A DNA stretch of 64,000 bases from Candidatus Poribacteria bacterium (lineage in GTDB: Bacteria > Poribacteria > WGA-4E > WGA-3G), in NCBI GenBank assembly GCA_965214095.1, contig OZ243938.1, forward strand, positions 288,001-352,000, read 5' to 3'. Position numbers and translations under genes: made by a program. The notes under the pieces were generated by a model, which was not told where the DNA came from, did not search any database, and saw only the letters and a program-made list of their open reading frames with translations. This document shows, one piece after another, positions 47,511-55,917 of this stretch; the first letter of the stretch is position 1, and every line of letters starts with the position of its first letter.

Positions 47511-48269
47511 TCAATAGGGTGCCATTAGATCTACTGCTCCAGAGAACTGTTTTCGCTCAAATTCGGGTGAAATCCATCTTTTACCTGGGTCTTTACCCGG
47601 TTTATAATATCCATAAACAACTGTCCACCTGGTATCACTTTCCTGTTTTCTTGGTGTTACTGCATGGGCTGCATGTGTCCACATCAAGACGACTGTTCTC
47701 TTTGGCACTGAAAGCGTTTGGATCTTCAAAGGTTCACCAGTCTTTGGATGCGTTTTCCCTACCAACCAACCATCCTGTAAGACTTCATCTGTTGCAGCCT
47801 GAATTTTAGGATCGCGGTAAAGATGACTTCCAGGCACTGCCTTCAAACCACCGTCATCCGCTTCAAATCCGTTGACATAGAAGAATATGCGAACATAACC
47901 GTAGTGGGGATCATCCTCTGAATAACCGTGACTATGCCATCCGATGCCGCCATTACCACCTGGACGATTGAGACTAACGCAGTGGTCATAACGTATCTCT
48001 TCACCAAGTACTTGGCGTGCAAGTTTGAGCATTTGTGGATGCGCGATAAGACTTTCGAGATAAGTATCATATTCTGCCGCAAATCTGTTCGGTTCATATC
48101 CTTTCTTACCACCTGGGATGAGTGATTCAATCCGAGTTAACGCTTCTGTCAATCGTTCCTGAGCATCGGAAGTAAGAAGTTTAGGTAGTACGTAATGACC
48201 ATCATGATCTAATTCCTTTCGTTCTTGATCTCCGAATGTATAATCCTGAAAAATTGGTTTCTGTGCCAT
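47511..48269 (-). CDS. Phytanoyl-CoA dioxygenase (PhyH) family protein, HxH variant
   Basis: DGHYVL, WHSHG, GGLKAVPGSHL, WTHAAHAV, DTRWTVV. Confidence 0.85.
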   Translation of the reverse strand: MAQKPIFQDYTFGDQERKELDHDGHYVLPKLLTSDAQERLTEALTRIESLIPGGKKGYEPNRFAAEYDTYLESLIAHPQMLKLARQVLGEEIRYDHCVSLNRPGGNGGIGWHSHGYSEDDPHYGYVRIFFYVNGFEADDGGLKAVPGSHLYRDPKIQAATDEVLQDGWLVGKTHPKTGEPLKIQTLSVPKRTVVLMWTHAAHAVTPRKQESDTRWTVVYGYYKPGKDPGKRWISPEFERKQFSGAVDLMAPY

Positions 48270-48290
48270 AAAAAACACCTAACTACTACT

Positions 48291-49049
48291 CTAATATAGA
48301 GACATTAACCCTTCTGTTCCGGGGATTGGCTTTTTCTCAAATTCGGGTGTAATCCAACGGGCATGAGAAGGTTTACCGGGGTTGCGATAGGCGTAGACAA
48401 CAGTCCACCGTGTATCGCTCTCCTGTTTTCTTGGCGTTACTGCATGTGCTGCATGTGTCCACATTAAGATGACTGTTCCTGGTGGGACTGATAAAGCCTG
48501 AACCTCTAAAGGTTCACCCGTCTCTTTATGGATTTTTCCAGCCAACCAACCTTCTCGTAATGCTGCATCAGTTCCACCATGAATTCTTCCATCTCGGTAA
48601 AGATGACTACCAGGTACTGCTTTCAAGCCACCATCATCTACTTCAAATCCATTGACATAGAAAAAGATGCGTACAAAACCGTAACTTGGGTCGTCATCTG
48701 AATATCCATGGCTATGCCAACCAATGCCACCATTACCTCCGTGTCTATTAAGACTGACGCAGTGGTCATATCGAATATCGTCACCAAGCACTTTTCGTGC
48801 AAGTTCCAGCATTTGTGGATGTGCAATTACACTCTCAAGGTAGCTATCATATTCGGCAGAAAATCGGTTGGGTTCATGTCCTTCCTTACTATTAGGTATT
48901 AGCGATTGAATCAGAGACAACGATTCTGTCAATTGCTCTTGTGCGTCATCTGTTAACAGACCTGGTAACACATAATGACCATCTCTGTCAAGAACTTTAC
49001 GTTCTTCAGCACCAAAAGTGTAATCATAAAAAATAGGACTAATGGACAT
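48291..49049 (-). CDS. Phytanoyl-CoA dioxygenase (PhyH) family protein, HxH variant; close paralogue of 47511-48269
   Basis: Same motifs (WHSHG, VPGSHL, HAAHAV); long identical stretches shared with its neighbour. Confidence 0.85.
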   Translation of the reverse strand: MSISPIFYDYTFGAEERKVLDRDGHYVLPGLLTDDAQEQLTESLSLIQSLIPNSKEGHEPNRFSAEYDSYLESVIAHPQMLELARKVLGDDIRYDHCVSLNRHGGNGGIGWHSHGYSDDDPSYGFVRIFFYVNGFEVDDGGLKAVPGSHLYRDGRIHGGTDAALREGWLAGKIHKETGEPLEVQALSVPPGTVILMWTHAAHAVTPRKQESDTRWTVVYAYRNPGKPSHARWITPEFEKKPIPGTEGLMSLY

Positions 49050-49087
49050 ATTAATCTCCTGAGATACTCTTGCTGTTTTATTTGAAC

Positions 49088-49927
49088 CTATTTTAGTTCC
49101 GGACCAGGTGTTCTGTTCCACTCTATCGGTTCAATGTCACCTTGATAATTTGGGTTGAGTTCCGCTATTCTGTCCCAGTCTTCCTCCGACCAATGTATTT
49201 TCTGCCGCATTCTACCAATATGAGCTTGCATTGCTTCTGGTAGCAATGCAAAAAATGGATGATACCATAATGTAATCACTGTACGTCTCTCATCCGATTG
49301 ATTGCTGTGTGATGCGTGAAGCAATCGAGAATCACCGATAACAAGATCACCAGCATTGACAGAAATGTCAATTTCACTTGGATAGTGTTGAAAAGCAGGA
49401 TGGTCAGGATTTTCTACCCGCTGTAGATCCGCACCGTGTGCATTTGGTAAAATATCATGGAGTGGATGTCTTTTTAAGTGTGAGCCTCTGATCACACGTA
49501 GACATCCGTTATAAGGTGTTGTATCAACCAAATAATACATCAGAAAAAGTTGTTGAGGGAGTGCTGTGTAACTACAAGGATCGTTCCAACCCCACCAATC
49601 CTGATGCCAAAACAGCGGTGGACTCTTCGGTGGTTTGCTAATGACATATCCTGAAGAGAATTTAGGTCTCAGGAAGCCTAAAACATCTAATGCAAGCAGT
49701 GTTCGTGGGTAGACGACTAATTCTGAAAACAAAGAGTGCATATAAATACTGATCATACTCCCAGATGATCGGGTTGCCGCCAATTGCTCCTCTGTCTGAT
49801 CGTCCAACAGTGTATCTGTAACTGAACGAAGATGGACTATCATATCATCTTTAAGCACATTCTCAACGACACAATAACCATCTGAAATCAATTGGTCATA
49901 TTTCTCTTTAGGTTTCTCAATTTCCAT
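49088..49927 (-). CDS. Phytanoyl-CoA dioxygenase (PhyH) family protein, canonical HxD
   Basis: DGYCVV, WHQD, NGCLRVIRGSH, AGD...RLLHAS..N.S..RR. Confidence 0.9.
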   Translation of the reverse strand: MEIEKPKEKYDQLISDGYCVVENVLKDDMIVHLRSVTDTLLDDQTEEQLAATRSSGSMISIYMHSLFSELVVYPRTLLALDVLGFLRPKFSSGYVISKPPKSPPLFWHQDWWGWNDPCSYTALPQQLFLMYYLVDTTPYNGCLRVIRGSHLKRHPLHDILPNAHGADLQRVENPDHPAFQHYPSEIDISVNAGDLVIGDSRLLHASHSNQSDERRTVITLWYHPFFALLPEAMQAHIGRMRQKIHWSEEDWDRIAELNPNYQGDIEPIEWNRTPGPELK

Positions 49928-49953
49928 ATTAACACTACCAGACAAAGTATTAA

Positions 49954-51327
49954 TTACTCCGCTAATTCTTTTGCTTTCTGATACTTCTGTTGCGCGAATT
50001 GTCCCCACTCTTTGATCTTCTCATTACGATAGACCTGATCTTTCCATTCTGATGCAGCCATTTTCATTGCCTCATCTTCTGTAACCGGCATTTTCACTAA
50101 TTCAGCAATTGCGAGAGTTTGTTTTTCCGCATCTTGGGAATTCGCTATTGCTTTCCATGCATCAACAAGATCGGTATGAGAGTCAATGATGAGGATACCA
50201 AATAGGTCGTTAACAATGTCCCAACGTGCGCCACCTTTATCTGCATCATAAGGAAACGGTGATATTTCCAAAGCAAAAGGATTCGTTACAACACATCGAT
50301 CCCCTAATATATCATAGAGCTCTGGGAGAACGCTTGCGCGATTAAGTCCACCCTTCCATTCTGGTCCCTCTGCATCACTATCTCGTAACATCCACAGTTT
50401 TTGTGCTTGCTCTGATAAGACAAACTCAACGAATTTCTTCGCAACCGACATGTTTGATGCACCTTTGAGTATTGCAATTGAATCTGGATTAACCACAGTT
50501 CCATCGGATGGCAATACATACTTTATTGTTTCTGTACCTAATGCTGCAATTTGACTGTACGCATAAAAGTCTATTGCCAATCCATAGAGAACTTGACCTG
50601 TACCGACATCTCTTGGAATAACGTTTGATCCTGCTGAAAACTTCTTTACATTACCACCCAATTTTGTTAGGAGTGCAAACCCGTCTTCCCATCCATGTGT
50701 TTGTAATATAATTTCATACATCATGTGTGCGCTACCGCTTTCTCTTGGATCCGCAGCACCAATTTGATTAATCAATGCTGGATTACCCAAATCCTCCCAT
50801 TTTTTCGCTTCCGGCAGCTTCTCAATCTTGCGTAACTGGTCATTATACATAATACCAAAACTTGATAAGGCTGCTCCATACCACCTATACTGTGGATCGT
50901 AGACAGGTATCCCATGATATGATTGCGGTATCTGATTAAGTTGTTCATCGGGTATTTTGTAAGATGTAAGTAAATCCATTTCAGCTAAACGGAGGTAACT
51001 GTCAGTGCCACCACCAAAGAAGATATCAATGCCAATTCCATCAGGTTTACGTTTGTACTCGTCTGCGATAAAACGATAATTAGAAGATGTACCACCGACA
51101 TCACGCCAATCTGTTTTCACAGGTCTTCCAGTCTGTTCCTCATACCATCTTTCAAAATTACTACCAAATTCAGACTCAATACTTTCTGGATGCGGAGAAA
51201 TAATGATGAGTTGATCCTGAGTCTGTTCTGTTGATTGGCAATTCCAAATTACCGTTAAACATAGCAGTAACACGAATGTTGCGAGATAGTTAAACCTAAA
51301 TGATCTAAAATTGGACATGGTTGTCAA
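49954..51327 (-). CDS. ABC transporter substrate-binding lipoprotein (Fe3+/thiamine/phosphonate-like SBP family)
   Basis: IISPH, DIFFGGG, ADPRESGS, NPDSIAILKG, AKKFVEFVLS; lipobox-like WNC. Confidence 0.85.
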   Translation of the reverse strand: MTTMSNFRSFRFNYLATFVLLLCLTVIWNCQSTEQTQDQLIIISPHPESIESEFGSNFERWYEEQTGRPVKTDWRDVGGTSSNYRFIADEYKRKPDGIGIDIFFGGGTDSYLRLAEMDLLTSYKIPDEQLNQIPQSYHGIPVYDPQYRWYGAALSSFGIMYNDQLRKIEKLPEAKKWEDLGNPALINQIGAADPRESGSAHMMYEIILQTHGWEDGFALLTKLGGNVKKFSAGSNVIPRDVGTGQVLYGLAIDFYAYSQIAALGTETIKYVLPSDGTVVNPDSIAILKGASNMSVAKKFVEFVLSEQAQKLWMLRDSDAEGPEWKGGLNRASVLPELYDILGDRCVVTNPFALEISPFPYDADKGGARWDIVNDLFGILIIDSHTDLVDAWKAIANSQDAEKQTLAIAELVKMPVTEDEAMKMAASEWKDQVYRNEKIKEWGQFAQQKYQKAKELAE

Positions 51328-51356
51328 TACTCCTATTAATAGATGTAGATTATTTA

Positions 51357-51455
51357 TAGTGAATTATAAATATAAGTTGACACTTTCACCCCACGGTAGG
51401 CGAGGTTTCCTAACCTCGCCGATGCAGAGTGTTCAAGCAATTTCAAAATCTACTA
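51357..51455. mobile_element. ~100-bp MITE (TA-duplication family), copy of 47390-47488
   Basis: Near-identical to 47390-47488, including CCCACGGTAGGCGAGGTTTCCTAACCTCGCCGATGCAGAGTGTTCAAG. Confidence 0.8.
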
Positions 51456-51469
51456 TAAAAGGGATTGTC

Positions 51470-51610
51470 TTATACACCGAAAAGTGAAATAATATCTTTC
51501 ATTTTCCAAGCCAAAACCAATATACCAATGAGTAGAATTAGATACCATACAATCATTGATTTCCGGTGCTTGGCATTGAATAATGAGCGGGGTTGTCTCT
51601 TCTGTTTCAT
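51470..51610 (-). CDS. Small (46 aa) single-pass membrane protein, not in the ORF track
   Basis: MKQKRQPRSLFNAKHRKSMIVWYLILLIGILVLAWKMKDIISLFGV; GAAGGA Shine-Dalgarno upstream; basic N-terminus followed by a hydrophobic helix. Confidence 0.55.
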   Translation of the reverse strand: MKQKRQPRSLFNAKHRKSMIVWYLILLIGILVLAWKMKDIISLFGV

Positions 51611-51781
51611 CTGTAATTCCTTCTATAGAACTTTACGAACGAAGTTTTGAAGATGATAACATATTATAGAATAGTATGTCAAAGAATATTACACGACCTA
51701 AGTGATCCTGAAGACGTGTAAAGTTTTTTGTGAATAATATTGAACAAGAATCCTAAAACTAAATAACCCATATTCCTGACA

Positions 51782-51998
51782 GGGTTATTTAGTCTTAAGT
51801 TTTTCTTGTGTATTCTTTCACAAATGCTAAATCCCCCAAGCCGGTAGGTGCGGTTTCCTAACCGCACCGAATTTGTGCAAAAACCTTTCATAGTCATTAT
51901 TCTTGTAGGTTCCAGTGCGGTTAGGAAACCGCACCTACCGGCCTGGGATTAACTTTCAGTAATCTCTATTTTGGAAAATACCTAAAACTAAATAACCC
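51782..51998. mobile_element. MITE, TIR GGGTTATTTAGT, 12-bp target duplication, with an inverted REP-like doublet
   Basis: ATATTCCTGACA|GGGTTATTTAGT ... ACTAAATAACCC|ATATTCCTGACA. Internal GTAG-GTGCGGTTTCCTAACCGCAC and its inverse. Confidence 0.85.
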
Positions 51999-52016
51999 AT
52001 ATTCCTGACACTTTTG

Positions 52017-52045
52017 TTGACAACTGATAATCTATCTGATAAAAT
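52017..52045 (+). promoter_or_regulatory. sigma70 promoter of selA
   Basis: TTGACA-N17-TAAAAT with TG extension. Confidence 0.7.
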
Positions 52046-52102
52046 GAATATCATAAGAAAAATGAGATATGGAATTTATTTTTCACATTATCGGGTGCTG
52101 AA

Positions 52103-53527
52103 TTGACAGAAAAAAAATACGATAAAAACGCGCTGCGCGAACTCCCATCAATTGAGAAACTCTTGCTGTTACCGGAGATGCAGGAGTTGATTTCATCCTA
52201 TTCACGAACTCTTGTTACGACTGCTTTAAGATCAGTTGTGTCTTCTGTCCGAGAACAAATCTTAAGCGGACAAACTATTCAACAACTTCCTTCCCCATCT
52301 GAATACGCTACATTGGCATTAAAAGAAATTGAAGAAATTACACGTTCTCCACTACGTACCGTCATTAATGCAACAGGCACTGTAACACATACAAATCTTG
52401 GACGTGCATTGCTATCTCAATCTGCATGTGATAGTCTACAAAACGCAGCTCAGAATTATGTCAATCTTGAATATGACCTTGAGACTGGTAAACGTGGACA
52501 CCGCGATAGAATAACAGAACCGCTTCTAAAACAATTAACCGGATGTGAAGCATCCACAGTTGTTAATAACAACGCTGCTGCTGTATTAATTGCCTTACAG
52601 ACAGTTGCCAAAGATAAAGAAGTAATTGTTTCGCGCGGGGAGTTAATTGAGATCGGCGGAGCATTTCGGATCCCTGACGTAATGGCAGCAAGTGGTGCCG
52701 TTTTAAGAGAGATAGGCACTACAAATAGAACACATCTCCGAGATTATGCTGAAGCCATCAACGAAAATACTGCTCTACTATTAAAGGTACATCCAAGTAA
52801 TTATAAAATTGTGGGTTTTACGTCAACACCGGAGATGCATGAATTGACCGAACTCGGCACAGAACGCGGTATTCCAACGATGGAAGATTTAGGGAGTGGT
52901 GCTTTGATTGACCTATCTCAGTATGGACTTCCGAAGGAACCGGTTGTCGCTGATAGAATCGAAAGTGGTGTTGACATCGTTACATTTAGTGGAGACAAAT
53001 TACTTGGTGGACCACAGGCGGGGATTATTGTTGGAAAAGAAAAATGGATACATCAGATTCGAAAAAACCCGCTGATGCGAGCACTAAGGGTAGATAAATT
53101 AACTATCGCTGCACTTGCAGCAACATTACAATCATATCTAAATCAAGACGCAATAGCAGACCATTTCCCAATGTTGAAACGATATACTCGGACAACTGAT
53201 GAATTAGTTATTGAGGCGGAACAATTGGTAGAGAGACTCAAAGATATTTTCAAAGATAGTGTTTCACTTGATATGTGTGAATCACAGTCAGAAATAGGAA
53301 GCGGATCTCTTCCTGTTGAGACATTACCGAGTATTGCAATAGAACTCACACCCAATACAATATCGGTAACAAAACTTTCCGAGCTCTTTAGACAAGGAAA
53401 AGTTCCGGTCATCGGTCGTATTGAAAATGATCAGTTGATATTTGATCTTCGGACCCTATATGAGTCAGAACAACAAGATTTGCTTCAAACTGCAGCGGAC
53501 ATTGCGTCAGATATTGAAAATGTTTAA
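52103..53527 (+). CDS. selA: L-seryl-tRNA(Sec) selenium transferase
   Basis: VINATG..HTNLGRA, NLEYDLETGKRGHR, VNNNAAA, SRGELIEIGGAFRIPDVM, KVHPSNY, FSGDKLLGGPQAG, RALRVDK. Confidence 0.97.
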   Translation: MTEKKYDKNALRELPSIEKLLLLPEMQELISSYSRTLVTTALRSVVSSVREQILSGQTIQQLPSPSEYATLALKEIEEITRSPLRTVINATGTVTHTNLGRALLSQSACDSLQNAAQNYVNLEYDLETGKRGHRDRITEPLLKQLTGCEASTVVNNNAAAVLIALQTVAKDKEVIVSRGELIEIGGAFRIPDVMAASGAVLREIGTTNRTHLRDYAEAINENTALLLKVHPSNYKIVGFTSTPEMHELTELGTERGIPTMEDLGSGALIDLSQYGLPKEPVVADRIESGVDIVTFSGDKLLGGPQAGIIVGKEKWIHQIRKNPLMRALRVDKLTIAALAATLQSYLNQDAIADHFPMLKRYTRTTDELVIEAEQLVERLKDIFKDSVSLDMCESQSEIGSGSLPVETLPSIAIELTPNTISVTKLSELFRQGKVPVIGRIENDQLIFDLRTLYESEQQDLLQTAADIASDIENV

Positions 53528-54350
53528 CGAAGATAAAATGAAGTATGTTTTTATAATTTCATTTGTTCTGTTATACGCTTGTATGGATAGTACTCAAGTT
53601 TCCGATGTATCGAAGGAATTAGAAGAAAGAATCGTATCGCATATTGATGATGCAGAGATGCAGTTAATTCCATCTGGTACATTTTTAATGGGCAATTCTG
53701 ATGAAGATTTAGGGGATGCGGATGAATTACCTGTGCACGAAGTGAATATTGATGCATTCTATATTGATATTTACGAAGTCACCAATGCCAAGTACCAACA
53801 GTTTGTTGTTGCAACAGGCTATTCTTCACCACCACTTTGGCATGACCAAAAGTTCAATCAACCAGATAATCCGGTCGTTAATATAAAATGGGTTGATGCG
53901 ATGGCTTATGCGAAATGGGCAAATAAACGTCTTCCGACTGAGGCAGAATGGGAGTATGCTGCCCGAGGCAATCTGATTGGTAAAAAGTTCCCATCTGGTG
54001 ATACAATTACACGCAATGATGTGAATTTTGGTGGTGAAGAAGGTGTAGATATTTGGAGATGGACATCTCCTGTCGGTAGTTTTTCACCAAATGGATTCGG
54101 GCTATATGATATGGCAGGTAATGTTTGGGAATGGTGCTTTGACGAATACAATGCTGAATTCTATTCCGTGTCATCAAAGAATAATCCTAAATATGGAAGA
54201 GAATCTGCCCCAGAAAATGAGAATTTTCGTATATTGCGAGGCGGCGGATGGGGTGGTAGCAGTGAAGATCTACGTGTTGCTGATAGATGGTACCATCTCA
54301 CATCGGGTAGTACAATCGGATTTCGGTGTGTAAAGGATGTTGGTAAATAA
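53520..54350 (+). CDS. Formylglycine-generating enzyme (SUMF1/FGE-sulfatase) domain lipoprotein
   Basis: IPSGTFLMG, YEVTN, RLPTEAEWEYAARG, NGFGLYDMAGNVWEW, GFRC. Catalytic Cys pair absent (RGGGW). Start 53520 or 53538. Confidence 0.88.
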   Translation: MFNEDKMKYVFIISFVLLYACMDSTQVSDVSKELEERIVSHIDDAEMQLIPSGTFLMGNSDEDLGDADELPVHEVNIDAFYIDIYEVTNAKYQQFVVATGYSSPPLWHDQKFNQPDNPVVNIKWVDAMAYAKWANKRLPTEAEWEYAARGNLIGKKFPSGDTITRNDVNFGGEEGVDIWRWTSPVGSFSPNGFGLYDMAGNVWEWCFDEYNAEFYSVSSKNNPKYGRESAPENENFRILRGGGWGGSSEDLRVADRWYHLTSGSTIGFRCVKDVGK

Positions 54351-54383
54351 AGATATTCTGTATAGTGGGATACATTTTGTATA

Positions 54384-54565
54384 GGGTTATTTAGTTTTCC
54401 GTTTTTCTGCTATATTTTTCACATTTCAATATAACACCTGTAGGTCGGGTAGAGGCACGAAACCCGACAAGCATTGAACGTGTCGGGTTTCGTGCCTCTA
54501 CCCGACCTACGATATAAACTCTCAGTAACGTTCATTGATTGAAAATTATTAAAACTAAATAACCC
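54384..54565. mobile_element. MITE (GGGTTATTTAGT family) with a perfect 30-bp inverted REP-like doublet
   Basis: GGGTTATTTAGTTTT ... AAAACTAAATAACCC; both flanks share CATTTTGTA. GTAGGTCGGGTAGAGGCACGAAACCCGACA (54440-54469) and its exact inverse (54481-54510). Confidence 0.8.
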
Positions 54566-54610
54566 TGCATTTTGTAGGAATGAAGAAAAAGTAATTTAGG
54601 TGTCACTTAT

Positions 54611-55681
54611 ATGTCAGTTAGTGTAGAGTTAAACCATATTACAAAAGCATTTGATACGACTTATGCAGTTAATGATGTTTCTTTGACGATTGAAGCGGGT
54701 GAACTATTTTTTCTCTTAGGTCCGTCAGGTTGTGGGAAATCAACGTTGCTCCGTGTGATTGCTGGGTTCTATCGTCCTGATGCAGGGCAGCTTATGTTTG
54801 ATGATTTGGATATGATCAATGTACCGCCGCATCAACGTAACACGGGCATGGTATTCCAAAATTACGCGTTGTGGCCTCACATGACAGTTAGTGAAAATAT
54901 TGAGTATGGATTGCAGCTCCGAAAACTTGAAAAAACGATACGGAATGAAAAAATAGATACTGTACTTGAAATGGTGGAAATGACAGAATTTAGAGACAGA
55001 CCGGTTAACACACTTTCTGGCGGGCAACAACAACGGATAGCATTAGCACGGGCGATGGTTATTGAGCCAAGTGTACTACTACTTGATGAACCGTTGAGTA
55101 ATTTGGATGCAGCATTACGTCAAAATCTGCGCGATGAAATCAAAGAAATCCACCGCAGAACGAAAATCACAACTATCTATGTAACCCACGATCAAGTAGA
55201 AGCAATATCAATGGCAGACCGTATGGCAATCATGAAAGATGGTGTCTTTACTCAAGTGGGTACACCAAGAGAAATTTACCAACATCCTGCTGATCCTTTC
55301 GTGGCAAGTTTTGTTGGAGAAACAAACTTTATATCTGGTAATATCAAAGAAATCTCAGATGGTAAAGCAACGATTGAAACTGAAGTCGGTGTCCTTCATG
55401 CAGAAAGTATTCACCATAATTTGACTCCTGGACAAGAAGTAAGTTGTTCTATTCGTCCAGAGACAATTCATATCAATGGAAGTCCAAGTTTGAACAGACT
55501 AACTGCCAAAGTCGGTTCAATCACATATCTGGGAAGAACTGAAGAATATGAACTGAGGATAGCAGATACACTGAAACTAAGAGCCATTATACATAACCCT
55601 GGGACAGATACCGTTAAACAAGGAGAATCCGTCAGCATATCAATGTCTCCAGAATCCGTTGTACCGTTACCAAAAAACTAA
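54611..55681 (+). CDS. ABC transporter ATP-binding protein (PotA/FbpC-like, with TOBE domain)
   Basis: GPSGCGKS, VFQNYALWPHM, LSGGQQQR, LDEPLSNLDA, YVTHDQ. Confidence 0.93.
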   Translation: MSVSVELNHITKAFDTTYAVNDVSLTIEAGELFFLLGPSGCGKSTLLRVIAGFYRPDAGQLMFDDLDMINVPPHQRNTGMVFQNYALWPHMTVSENIEYGLQLRKLEKTIRNEKIDTVLEMVEMTEFRDRPVNTLSGGQQQRIALARAMVIEPSVLLLDEPLSNLDAALRQNLRDEIKEIHRRTKITTIYVTHDQVEAISMADRMAIMKDGVFTQVGTPREIYQHPADPFVASFVGETNFISGNIKEISDGKATIETEVGVLHAESIHHNLTPGQEVSCSIRPETIHINGSPSLNRLTAKVGSITYLGRTEEYELRIADTLKLRAIIHNPGTDTVKQGESVSISMSPESVVPLPKN

Positions 55682-55697
55682 AAGCATACATTTAAGT

Positions 55698-55887
55698 GAG
55701 GAGTGTGCATAAAGAAAATCAATCTCAAATATGGTCTTAAAAGTAGTAGGCACGCTCCGCGTGCCGTCCACAAGATCAAAGCATCTCAATAGATTATACT
55801 ACCACAACGAGGACAATTCCATATAAAGAAATACTTGATGAGAGACGGAGCCAATGTTGGCACATAATATATTTATGCACACCCCTC
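55698..55887. mobile_element. MITE (~190 bp), copy of 25016-25204, 8-bp target duplication
   Basis: ATTTAAGT|GAGGAGTGTGCATAAA ... TTTATGCACACCCCTC|ATTTAAGT. Confidence 0.85.
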
Positions 55888-55917
55888 ATTTAAGTCACAA
55901 CTGCGAAAAATTAATCA

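Noticed and set aside
51679-51897. 72-aa ORF containing VRLGNRTYR
   Set aside because: Translation of REP/MITE sequence, not a gene.
52103-54350. selA plus FGE-domain gene as a selenoneine (SenA/EgtB-like) system
   Set aside because: The FGE protein is a short lipoprotein with no DinB-like HxxxH domain. No selD/senB, selB or tRNA-Sec is visible in the window.
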